From the NCBI GenBank assembly GCA_002633005.1, contig NMRA01000006.1:2193818-2257817 (forward strand): a stretch of DNA of 64,000 bases, written 5' to 3'. Position 1 is the stretch's first letter, and each line of letters starts with the position of its first letter. Position numbers and translations under genes: made by a program. Below are positions 36,901 through 47,607 of the stretch, piece after piece. Source of the DNA: Phoronis australis (Eukaryota > Animalia > Phoronida). Below the pieces are notes generated by a model that saw only the letters and a list, made by a program, of their open reading frames with translations, was not told where the DNA came from and searched no databases.

Positions 36901-39900
36901 TTCTAATCAGGAACACAAAAGGCATTCGAAAAATACAAGTAGCCACTAGGTGATGCAACAATGCATCAAGTTTAACGATGCACTCTGAAATTACAGAGGA
37001 AAACATAAACAACTAAAAGTGACACTAGGGGGCACAGTGATAGTCGAATGGGTCTGAAATGTGCCATAAAATGTTGTCACTTCCATAGGAACATGTCTGC
37101 CGAATTTCACAAAGATCCTAAAAAGGTCAAGGATACACAGCCATAGAGGGGGAAGGAGAAATGCCACCAGAAACACATCTGCCAATTTTCACAATGATCC
37201 TCCAAGTAGTTTGGCGGATAGAGACGGATGCCAAAAATGGACTCGAAGCTGTTAAAAACCGCCACTACGAGGTGCACAATATGTAACATCAGTCGGAAAA
37301 TGAAAAATATTGTCATCACTTTAATAGAAACCTGTTTGCCAAGTTTCATGAAAATCCATCTTTGAACTCTGAAGATACACAGGAAAGCGTAGAAAAATGA
37401 AATTGCCACTAAGGGGCACACCAATTGTCGGATTGGACTGAAACTCGTTATCACCTGATGTCAACCCCATAAAAACATATCTGCCAAATTTCACAAAGTT
37501 CCTGAAAAAGTTAAGGAGATACAGACATGGAAACAAAATAACACAAAATCTCCACTAGGAGGCACCAGAAAAGTCAAACACGCTCGAAAATCAAGGTCAA
37601 CAGTGGTCTTCTAGTCAGAAACACACTTGCCAATTTTCATAATGATCCTTCAAGCGGTTTGGCAGATAGAAAGGTGGACGCCAAAAACCTAACACCAAAA
37701 TTTAAAAACCGACCACAAGGTAGTGCAGGATCGTCAAAGATGTCTAACAAGAGCAACGCAGAGCGTTGAAATGCGCCCACAATTGCACCGCATAGGGTAT
37801 CCTTCTAGGGTTGTTTATTGGTACCACAAAGTGGCCAGTAGAGAGCATATATGTAGTATGTTGTACTTAGCAAAATGGAAAGGCATNNNNNNNNNNNNNN
37901 NNNNNNNNNNNNNNNNNNNNNNNNNNNNNNNNNNNNNNNNNNNNNNNNNNNNNNNNNNNNNNNNNNNNNNNNNNNNNNNNNNNNNNNNNNNNNNNNNNNN
38001 NNNNNNNNNNNNNNNNNNNNNNNNNNNNNNNNNNNNNNNNNNNNNNNNNNNNNNNNNNNNNNNNNNNNNNNNNNNNNNTATAAGCAGACATCAGTACAAA
38101 ACTCTACATGGTGCACGTGGCTTTTCATCAGCAAAGACCTTAAGAGTCTAGATTTTTCAGATTCAACTTAAAAACAATACAGTGATACTTTAAAAAACAC
38201 TTTCTGTCAAGAATATTTTTAAACATAGCATTTTTGTGGAATTCGAAGTTCCCAATTTAGTAAGATTACAGACAAGAGCCCATTGATTGCGTTTAAAGTT
38301 GGATTCATCACCGCAAATTCGATTCAACTTCAGATTGAAGCGGATGATCTCGACTTGAAAAATGAAAATCTATTAAAATAGTTCTACACTGGGTTCAGGA
38401 TGAAGTCAATTAATTAATGAATTGGTATCCTGGTTATAACCACAAGCGTCCATTCACAATGATGTGGAGTTCTACGATTAACAGGTTTTAAACGTCGATA
38501 TATCGATCCCTGATAATAGTCAAGCGTGAATATTGGAGACAAACTGAGTGGGCTCGATATGAAATCAGGTCAGAAAATATGTGTATAGAGGTGGATGCTG
38601 CATTTTTACAAAGCAATTACTCAGAAACTGCGCATGCAGAGAATGAAACAGTCATATTGAAGCTTACACATGGTCAGACACAAAAGACGACTTAAATGCA
38701 TAATTAAAACAGAGCCAACAAGAGATAGCGCCTCGCATGTTCAAAAACTCTAAGTAAGATTCACCTGTACTCACAGCTTTACCTCACAAAACCAGCTTTA
38801 GTTGGTCTTTCTCCGCTATATTTTCAGAAATTGGCATTTTCCCACCCACCTTTCTCATTTATAAAACATTGAACTTAGTGTACCGAATGAAACCCAGTTT
38901 GAGCACATTCGAAACTAGATTTATCTTTACATCGAAGTTTTAAGTATGGACCACACATTATACATTCAAATGGTTCGCATTTCTCAAACTTTTGCTTCAC
39001 TCATGGTATGCACTTTTTCTATTTTAGTTCCCACTGCCTCGTTTATCATCCATATTGTGTACACCTGTGTGAAAATTTTGATCATAAAGCACATGGTATG
39101 AATTAATATGTACGTTTATTACTTTTGGAGCTCTCACAGTTAATAACAGAGGGTAGGAAACATTTGGAATTCTAAAATGAACAGGCATGAACACGGATGG
39201 TCTATGCCACGCTGGAAATATCGAAATAGTAGCAAATGATATTATAACAAATGGCATGATTGAAGAAGGAACCTGAAAGATTTCAATCAATGTGAACTTC
39301 CTATTTGTTTATCTTCTCCAGGCACTCTAACTACCAGGAACTACCATCAAACTCAACTAATGACCACAAGGGAATGACATGTAGTTGATGTAATGCAATT
39401 CTTCACTTTTCTAGCACACAATACGACCAGCAAGCGAAATAGTAGTTTGTTGAATTTCTGCACCAAAAAAATATTACCGTACGAAAATTTTAGTCTATAA
39501 GTAGCATTATATTGTTTAAATGTCATAACACAACACTTGGTAAAAGTGAGATACTCTCCGTATACGCCATATCTTAGTCATGTTGCAGGATCCATAGTTA
39601 AGTCTGAAAACACCTCTGTCCCTACCTGGGACTTTCTGCTAACTGTGCAAAAGTACCCGGTTCGAACCCCAGTTGGTATAGAGATCTTTTCAAAGGTTTA
39701 CTAGGTCACGTGATATGACCAACATATGGCGTGCTTGGATACTAATACTGTTCTTACATGTGAATATCAGAAGGGTGATTCATGACAACGTAATTATAAA
39801 CATTTGGTAAGGTTTCCACAAAATGTAGCATAGTAATCAGCCTTTAAAACGTGGGAAATGACAATTTGTCAATTATTTTCGTATGGAATTAATGGAGAGT

Positions 39901-42900
39901 TATGGTACTTAAAGGACAATGCATGCCACAGCAGATAGTGGCAAATGCACTTTACCAAGAATAGATACAAACAGGAAGGTATTATCGTCTCTTTAGTAGA
40001 AACCGTTAACCCATTTGCAATGTTTCACAAAAATCTGTCACAGTACTCCGAAGATACAGGGAAAACCATTAAAAATAAAGTTGGCACTAGAAGGCACACC
40101 TGTAGTCTGATCTGTCAGCAGTCGTTATTTTCATCAAAACACACTTGCCAAATTCAACAAAGCTCTAGCGAATGCAAACAAAAAACCGGCACTTGGACTA
40201 GTATGAGGTACCACAGGCATCCGAAACGTCTGAAAATCATTATCTGTCCTCTTCCCAGTAAGGAACACGTACACCAATTCAATGTCATCCTTAGATTGGT
40301 TTGGCCACTAGGTGGCACAGCAGAATACATCGAATCCACCCCAAAACATGAAAACGGTATCTTGTCCTAAACAGATACCTATTTGCGAAATTTCATGACA
40401 ATTCATCCAGGAATTGTGGAGATACAGAGTAAAATGTAATAAACTAGAATTACCACTAGAGGGCACAACGGCACTCGTTCAAGTCTTCCGATCCACGACT
40501 GGGGATGACGCATACAGTACACAAATAAATATGTTGGAGGATAAAAACGGGTTTTAAAAGCTTTCAATCATATTTTAAAAACAAAATGGTGCCACGTCTG
40601 CCATCTTGGAATCAAATCGTGACAAAAACCCCACAGTCTTTGTGAGCCTTTTTTTTTAGAGTTGCATGTTGTGTGCAAATTTCATGTGAAGCGAATGGCA
40701 AATGCAACCTGTTAGCATGCGTACAAGCATAAAGATCTTCATGGCAAAGCAACATAACAAAAGCAAGTTATGTACAGTAACTGTGACTATGAATGGTGTA
40801 TTTCCTGGAACACTACAAACTATACACAACTGTCTATATATAAATAATATAATGCGTACATCTTGCATGTGATTTTACCGTAGGTATAAAATCAATAGAG
40901 CTTTTTCCTGGCACAAAATTGTTGAAATACTGCTGAATGCATAATTCAGTACAACACCATCAAGACGTTTCTACAAGAAGTAGCTTGAGCACAGAGAATT
41001 GATTACTAACCAAGTGAATTCAACAGACTAATCTGAGACAAAAGCTTTCCCACTGACTGAACAATTCTCCTGGTTTGAAGACTTTCAACAAATGAGACAG
41101 TGTAACTCCTAGACTTAGGCTGCCAATGCAACTCCCCGGAAAATAGGCGGATAAAACTATAGAATTGCGAAATTCTTCTGCTGTGGAAAGGGTTAAACCC
41201 ACTTTGGAAGAAGTAATCGTTGGAAGTAGCTCATGTAACTTACAGTACAAAAACATATACAATTTAGACTGCAAATCAAGTGTGCCATCTGGTGTTTAAT
41301 ACAGAAAACTAGAGATATCTGTAACATAGGTGCTACCAAGAAGAGTGTGAAACACAATGGGAGTAGGGACAGAGAGTCAACATTCTAGTTTCCCTAATGG
41401 GACAGAAACATGAATGAAGAATAATCATAAACTGATACCAATCAATATGTTCAACTGAAGAATATTTAAACTTCACTGGAATTATGAGTTAGACGTTCGC
41501 ATCGAAAAGTACAGTTCTGATCTGTGAATTAGGAATTCGTGCATTGAACTTGAGTCAAACATCAACAAAATGACTACCCTCTCATAACCATAAAGTCGCT
41601 GCATTGTTTTTCGAACTTGTCCCAGGTGAGCCAAACTCATCACACATGGGAACATCCCAACAACTTGCCGCGGCAAGACAAAAGAGGTCGTGGCAAACAG
41701 TGAGTCGACAATATTAACTCCAACAGGAACAAGTCACGTGAGATGGTGCTGATAAAACAGTAGTTACCCGTAGTTCATAATCATTACACTAGGGTCACCA
41801 CCACCAGGAACCCTCACCCCACCAACAATCCCATGCTGGTGAACAACCTTCTATTCTCAATAGACGCATCATCTATAATGCAGGGCACATCTAGTAAATA
41901 TGTAGTGACATTCTCTCATTACTCGGACTAAAATCTTTATAACACAGGGCTACTCCTTCATTTCCCCTACTATTCAATTACAAATGACAAAACAAACGAG
42001 GCAAGCGGATTCGTTCTTAACCCCGACCTGTGAGGTCAATTCATAAGCCCACCATCTCAGTAGACTCCTGATGTGTAACTAAATAACACAAATGACCTCC
42101 TATCTAAATAGGTGGAGGCCTGGCCAATAACAAAAAGCTTGTAGCCTGCACAGACGTCACACAAATGCCAAGCATGATTACCTATAACTAGAGGCTATTT
42201 TGCAAAAAAGGAGCAACAGGAAGCTATGTTGAAATCATGGCAGGAGTACATCCTGTGCAGGGACAAGGTCAAAAGCACATGTTGATAGTAAGCACCTCAA
42301 CAGAATNTGATAATGCAGGGCACATCTAGTAAATATGTAGTGACAATCACTCATTACTCGGACTAAAATCTTTATAACACAGGGCTACTCCTTCATTTCC
42401 CCTACTATTCAATTACAAATGACAAAACAAACGAGGCAAGCCAATTCGTTCTTAACCCCGACCTGTGAGGTCAATTCATAAGCCCACCATCTCAGTAGAC
42501 TCCTGATGTGTAACTAAATAACACAAATGACCTCCTATCTAAATAGGTGGAGGCCTGGCCAATAACAAAAAGCTTGTAGCCTGCACAGACGTCACACAAA
42601 TGCCAAGCATGATTACCTATAACTAGAGGCTATTTTGCAAAAAAGGAGCAACAGGAAGCTATGTTGAAATCATGGCAGGAGTACATCCTGTGCAGGGACA
42701 AGGTCAAAAGCACATGTTGATAGTAAGCACCTCAACAGAATATAGAACCACGTCATACACTGCCAAGAATAACTTGTCAAAGCCAGCCTCATTAATTGAC
42801 ATCGATAATTGTTGTTTTAATGAATTACCAAAGCATTCAAAACTTATCTCCAATTTAGCTGAGTTAAAATGTCTTATAATGTCCGAGGTTTTAACACTAT

Positions 42901-45198
42901 CTGTATTAAGGACAGGTGACTGGCTTATATCCTGGACTGGAAAAGTGTTCTGGAGAAGAATACTTGTTAAAGTTAAAGTACAAGAACTCAATGCTTTACA
43001 GTCAAGCCTACATGTTCAAAATAACTGTGCCATTCATTTTCAGAAAGCAATAACTAAAAACGTAACCTGTTGTTTTTAACGTTTAAATGACGACAGTGGG
43101 AAGTGAATGAAGGAAATGGACAAAATTTTCAAGAAGTTATTTCATATTTTACAGCACTACAGTAAAAATGCTGCAAATGGGGAAGCTCAGGTCCAACAGT
43201 ATCAAAGGATCTGTTTTGTTATAATGCAAAAAATCAAAATTGTTTATTGGTGAAAAAATAATGAACAGCAGGTGAAGTCAAAATCTAGTAAACACCCGCG
43301 AATATAGCCTCAAAACCAATCAATACACTTCGCTCTGAGATACTGTAGTAAGATTGTGAAAAATTAGCTTGATTATAAACCTCTACATTGCAGAAATGAT
43401 TTTAGGAGTGTATCCCGCATCAGTGGCTCATAAGAATATTCATTAATGCAATGAGACTGTTTGACTTGGGCCAACTGGGACATTAAAACTGTGTCAGCAA
43501 TCACGGTGTAATTTGTCTCACAGTGGGAAATGCATTGCATTCAGATTAGTAACGCATAGCAAGGCAGATCAGCTGACCAAAATCCACCATCAGTCACAAA
43601 GAGTCAAACATGTTGTGAAAATACCAACCCTAACTGTGGATTTATGTGTTTTGTTGAAACTGAAATGCTGCTGGCAGGCAAAATTACACACAATAAAAGA
43701 TGTTTGCCAAAAATCAAATCAAAAAAGGACAGAAGAACTAACATGATCCATGAGCCCACCAAGTTGATCCACAGATTTGAGGCAATCGGCCTCATGGCAG
43801 GTTGGCCGATAGCCTCAGACTGACCAAGCCTCGTTTTTCTAAAAAGATTCCTACAATGAAACCTAAACTAAATTTTAAACATGGCGCTGCATGTATATAC
43901 TTTCTGTGATTTCGCCTGAGTCGCGACAGGAAATCCATGACAAGAAACACAGTGGTCAAAGCCATTCCGTTAAATTAAACAGTACGGTAGAATTTGAAAA
44001 AAATCAAAGCAAACAAGTTTAAGCCTAACTTTAATGCCTGAATACACTAGGCAAGACATCTATAGATGGCAAAGGCCTATGGGCAATGCTCAGCTTAAGT
44101 ATTAATAATAAACTTCATGAACCAAAACAATTTCCTGTGAATAAAAGATTAGGGACAAATGCATTGACAAAACCGTGACCATCTCTCTTTCAGTGATTTA
44201 TCATAAATATGCAAATTATGTAGGTCATCTGAAACACGATCTGTGACACAGGTGTAAGAAAACACAACTGACTAAGGTCGTTTTACAACATGTGGACACG
44301 TAAATTGTGCTGGCAAATGTAAAAACATCAACCAGAGATCATTGACAAAAGGTCTGAATTTTTAAGCGTTCTAGTTTTCACTTAGTGTTTTTACTTAAAG
44401 TTATCTCCAGCTCAATAACGGATTGGTTGGCAAAGAACTCAGCAGGATCACCAACATTGCGTTGGTGGGCCAACTGATGAAAAGGCATGATCCTGTAGGA
44501 TACAACATATCAGAAGATTACCAGTTCACCATTGATAACAGTAGCACAACAGTACATTTCAAATCATGTCAGTAGGCCTACAGTCACACAACCTGCCACC
44601 AATATAACGTGTGAAAGAGCAAGAGAATATAAATGAATATTCATGATATGATCAATAATCAATCAAAATGTGTGCAATCAAGGTACGAACCAAATGTTGA
44701 CCCCATAGATGACCTAGTTAGCTGGGCAAACACATTGCTGGGCAACTTGCACTGGGTCTAGTTATCGGAAATACTTACCTTCTTGAACACAAAAACACGG
44801 ATATGCTGAACGTTAACCAATGTTCTACTCTCGCTTTCACAACCGCTTACATACGTATTTCGTTTGTCGACCGTAACCACACACTACAGACTTCGATGCA
44901 CTAGATATTTTAATGAAATAAGGAACTGTAAACTGAACCGAAGTGAATCAAGACTTTATCAACGTGTGACCCAGTTTCCTACACAAAGCTAGGCCACTGG
45001 CACTGCTTTCCATACGTCAAAAATAAACCACAAAGAAAATCATGACTTCACTGTCGCTTTTCAACGATATCACAAATCGAACACATCGGGAGACATACAA
45101 ACCTAGTAATCAAGCAATCGTTTAGTAAATTATGCGACGTAGCTCTACTTACCAGCCGAAATTTCATCGGCTTGTGTTGACCGAATTTCGTCTTCCAT
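15756..45198 (-). CDS. NR1-subfamily nuclear receptor (Rev-erb/E75/E78/ROR-related), spliced gene, ~857 aa
   Basis: Exons 45153-45198, 26133-26908, [25390-25540 or 25174-25324], 24142-24503, 21203-21811, 17675-17842, 16668-16887 and 15756-15997 all have GT-AG ends and compatible phases, totalling 2574 nt. C4 zinc fingers [27 protein letters not shown]...[21 protein letters not shown] signature [27 protein letters not shown], and C-terminal LLAEIFD. Confidence 0.93.
16668..16887 (-). CDS. Nuclear receptor LBD exon (helices 5-8)
   Basis: ttttctccag|VACVMHA...[30 protein letters not shown]|gtgagg. Confidence 0.95.
17231..17430 (+). mobile_element. tRNA-derived SINE-like relic
   Basis: A-box-like CGGCTCAGCAGTTG (~17245) and B-box GGTTCAATCC (17288-17297) with tRNA-like spacing. 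No intact cloverleaf; 3' boundary approximate. Confidence 0.55.
17675..17842 (-). CDS. Nuclear receptor LBD exon (helices 3-5)
   Basis: actttacacag|VPSAMSS...[36 protein letters not shown]|gtacgc. Confidence 0.95.
20075..20806 (+). mobile_element. Helentron/HINE-like non-autonomous element with internal ~146-bp tandem repeats
   Basis: 5' end aacaacagCAACGtggagCGTTGaaatgcacccac (short terminal hairpin) is shared with copies at 36493 and 37746; five internal units each contain GCCACT-(AGGTGGC)-like and 'ccaaatttcat..aaatcc' motifs. Family assignment is inferred from structure. Confidence 0.65.
21203..21811 (-). CDS. Nuclear receptor hinge exon 2 / LBD helix 1
   Basis: tttcatctgtag|[11 protein letters not shown]...SPLKKRPY...[13 protein letters not shown]...EAIQ|gtagta (alternative donor 3 nt further at 21200); phase 0 on both sides. 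Confidence 0.85.
24142..24503 (-). CDS. Nuclear receptor CTE/hinge exon 1
   Basis: ccttctttttag|CC completes [20 protein letters not shown]...; ends LQLQ|gtaggg; phase 1 in, phase 0 out. Confidence 0.9.
24756..24865. mobile_element. Small foldback element/MITE in the intron downstream of the duplicated DBD exons
   Basis: tctgatataac...attttgagaaccag / ctggttctcaaaat...gttatatcaga inverted arms. Confidence 0.7.
25174..25324 (-). CDS. Nuclear receptor DBD exon 3b (alternative second zinc finger)
   Basis: gttttag|[51 protein letters not shown]|gtaaac; 151 nt. Confidence 0.92.
25390..25540 (-). CDS. Nuclear receptor DBD exon 3a (alternative second zinc finger)
   Basis: ctgcgttgtag|[51 protein letters not shown]|gtaaat; 151 nt. 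Confidence 0.92.
26133..26908 (-). CDS. Nuclear receptor exon 2 (acidic A/B region + first zinc finger)
   Basis: tctctatctctag|[17 protein letters not shown]...[24 protein letters not shown]|gtgagc. Confidence 0.93.
36493..37886 (+). mobile_element. Two adjacent copies (starts 36493 and 37746) of the Helentron/HINE-like element with ~146-bp internal repeats
   Basis: aacaagagCAACG(c/t)agAG(c/t)G(t/c)TGaaatgc(a/g)ccc starts; same internal units as 20075-20806. The second copy runs into the N-gap. Confidence 0.65.
37887..38078. other. Assembly gap (192 N)
   Basis: Run of n. Confidence 0.99.
39563..39731. repeat. Small element with ~18-bp imperfect inverted termini and an internal Pol III B-box
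   Basis: acgccatatcttagtcat ... atgaccaacatatggcgt; GGTTCGAACCCC at ~39659. Confidence 0.45.
39990..40480 (+). mobile_element. Internal fragment of the same HINE-like repeat family
   Basis: Units with ggcactagaaggcac, GGCCACTAGGTGGCAC (~40303) and accactagagggcac (40452). Confidence 0.6.
45153..45198 (-). CDS. Nuclear receptor first coding exon
   Basis: agaATGG start, [16 protein letters not shown]|GTAAGT. Phase 1 matches the phase-1 acceptor at 26908, the acidic composition continues into exon 2, and it lies at the promoter shared with C12orf4. Confidence 0.75.
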
Positions 45199-45481
45199 TC
45201 TTCGTCTGACCTACAAAATGTCTATCGGCAAAGCCAAGCCTCTCTTTGAAAATCTTTAGCGTCACGAGTAGACGATGATCATTTGTTGCATCAAACAAAA
45301 ATCCGCTAGGTGCCTCTGCGACAAAGGAAGTGGGGATAAAAAAGTTTTACTGCCACTGGCCTGGGAGTGGGAGGCTGGCACTACTGTATCGGTTTGTTAC
45401 TGTTAGGTGGTAGGCCTAAGTTCAGCTTCAAGAAAACTGTTAAGCCTACTACTTCCTGCGATTGTTGTGTCTTGTCTTGAG
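45199..45481. promoter_or_regulatory. Bidirectional promoter region, including a probable non-coding exon 1 of C12orf4 (donor after 45481)
   Basis: Divergent gene starts; ETS-type cores AGGAAGTG (~45326) and ACTTCCTG (45451); plus-strand donor GAG|GTAATC at 45481/45482. The C12orf4 ATG exon starts at an acceptor (47442), so an upstream exon is required. Confidence 0.6.
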
Positions 45482-45635
45482 GTAATCCTATTTTAGAGGT
45501 CTAAATTATATTTGACTTCAAACCTTCCGTCCCCCCTTACAAATTTGTCCCGAGTCTGAGTGAGAAGGTGACAGCACACCATGACCTGCTAAGTAGACGG
45601 TGGCGTCGTCTCTAGTGTGGTGAATCTGCAATGAG

Positions 45636-46081
45636 TGTAGTGATATAAAGGCATCTCTTACTCGCTTACGAGCACTTGCTCTTTGGTTGACTGGTTAGGA
45701 CGCCTGGCATTGATCGGCACAAGAGGTTCCCAGCGGGTTTGAAACTTGGACTAGGTGATTTCTCACTACATTCATTGACATTGGCGCCCTACAATGGTCC
45801 GTAATCACAATGGCAGAAAGGGACCACACAGTCTCCTGAGTTTGATAGTGGCTGAGGAGCAGGTGGATGTATAGTGGGCGATCTGATGTTGAGTTCCAGG
45901 TGGCGTTACCCCTAATCATTGGATGGGTTGAGTGTTGGGAATCTAGTGTAGTAATAAAGGCCTCTCTTAATCACTCGACTACAGAAAATTGTTCTTTTGT
46001 TGACTGGTTAGGATGCCTTGCATTACACTTACAGCAAGAGATGCCGAGTTTGAAACTTGAACTAGGTAATTTTTCACTACG
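45636..46081 (+). mobile_element. TRIM-like miniature LTR retroelement with tRNA-derived sequence in its LTRs (decayed)
   Basis: Two 135-bp direct repeats (45636-45770 TGTAGTGA...TCACTACA; 45947-46081 TGTAGTAA...TCACTACG), each with A-box-like and B-box-like (G(G/A)GTTTGAAAC) motifs. PBS-like TGGCGCCC at 45782; 176-bp non-coding interior. Confidence 0.7.
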
Positions 46082-47444
46082 CTACGTAGCAGTAGAGAAT
46101 GTAACTTCCCTTAGGGCCTTCATATGCCAGGAGCTTTTTGGCGAATTATGCCTCACACTGATTAAACCATCAAAGTCACGTTGCTATATAATGTGCATAG
46201 AGGGACATCTTAGGAAGCAGTCGATGTCTTTTAATTCCTTCCATATTGAACAAATACTCCGGAAATCAAACTTTTTTTGAGCAATCCTTCGTTCTGTTGC
46301 CCAAATCGACCATTTTTACAATGCTCGCACAAGGGGATATGTGAGTGCCACCATATCTACTGCTGAGTAAAGATGGTGGCACTGTCCATGAGACAAATCC
46401 TTTACTAATATTTGGGGATTTGTTATCCCAGTGCCAAAGCGAGCCTCAGCCAGACTGTGTCTAACCTGTCATAGTTGATTCACAAATTAATGCTCATTGC
46501 TTAGCTCAGTGCTGAAGAAAATCTGTTTGGTATTTTCACTAATAATGTCTTGATTTTAAAAATTCAAAGATGGCTAATATTTACTATTCAATTTTAGAAA
46601 CAGTCATGTTGATCTTTTATCTTACTTATTGATCGATTTTTGACTTAAAAACTCGTACCCAAAACGGGCGTGTTGACTTATGACCGCAATTATCTCATCC
46701 AGCATGTTCAGCCTAGACCACGAATAGCGACTAGCTCACTTCAGTCTGTGATGACACCATCAAGCTTTTGATATGCCGAGGACTTCGCTGGATACTCTGC
46801 AGTATATGGTGCACGCTTTCTCATCCACTTGTTTGCAAATCTTGTAAGCAAAAGATTTGCCTAATGTGTTCCCCAAGTTACATCACTGTGGCACTAACAT
46901 CCAATATTTTTCTTGAACTGGTTTGAAGCATTAAGGGTGAAGTCCAGTTTTTTTAAATATTAAATTTGTATTGAAATGTAATCAGAAATACCTGAAATTA
47001 CTTCATAGCCACAGCTAGCATTGAACACGGTGCAAAGGTGAGCCATCAAAGTCACCATGCTAAGTAACTTTCCTGTTTATAGGGAAACTTCTGGAAGCCA
47101 TCAATATTTTTAAATGATCAGGTAAATACTTTGGCTATGGTTAAGTCTCTATTTTAGGACACAGTATAGCGGACTAGTAAAATTGTACTTTCGCAATTTT
47201 TCATAAAAGATAGGTAACCCTGAAATAATGCTGAATGTCACATTTAAGCTACCATAAGATTAGACAATATGTTTGCTGCAAAACTGTCAGCATTCAGTAC
47301 AAAATAAAAAACCTTAAAAATGAAAAAGGTCAATCTTGGCAATAATTTTTGTCTGAGATACGGTGTGATTTCACCTGATTGCGGTTTGTTTTCAACATGT
47401 TCATGTCCTGACTAGCAACAGCATGTGCTTACCTTTTCCAGAGA

Positions 47445-47607
47445 ATGATGACAGAGGAACTGTGTCAACAATTCCGATACAAATTTGGCTGTAAAGGTAC
47501 ACAGTCAACCTTGACGGTTCCCGTTCCGATACCCCTGAAGCAGACGGCGAGTGACCTGACTGGACGTCTGGTAGCTGCACATAACTTACCTTGTTATGCG
47601 CAGGATG
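47445..47607 (+). CDS. C12orf4: C12orf4 coding exon 1
   Basis: ccttttccag|agaATG; [14 protein letters not shown]...[18 protein letters not shown]|gtaagc. Confidence 0.9.

Noticed and set aside
37723-38171. ORFs spanning the N-gap
   Set aside because: Artificially open because N codons contain no stops.
41875-42741. ~430-bp tandem duplication (41875-42306 / 42310-42741)
   Set aside because: Junction at the single N at 42307; same artefact pattern.
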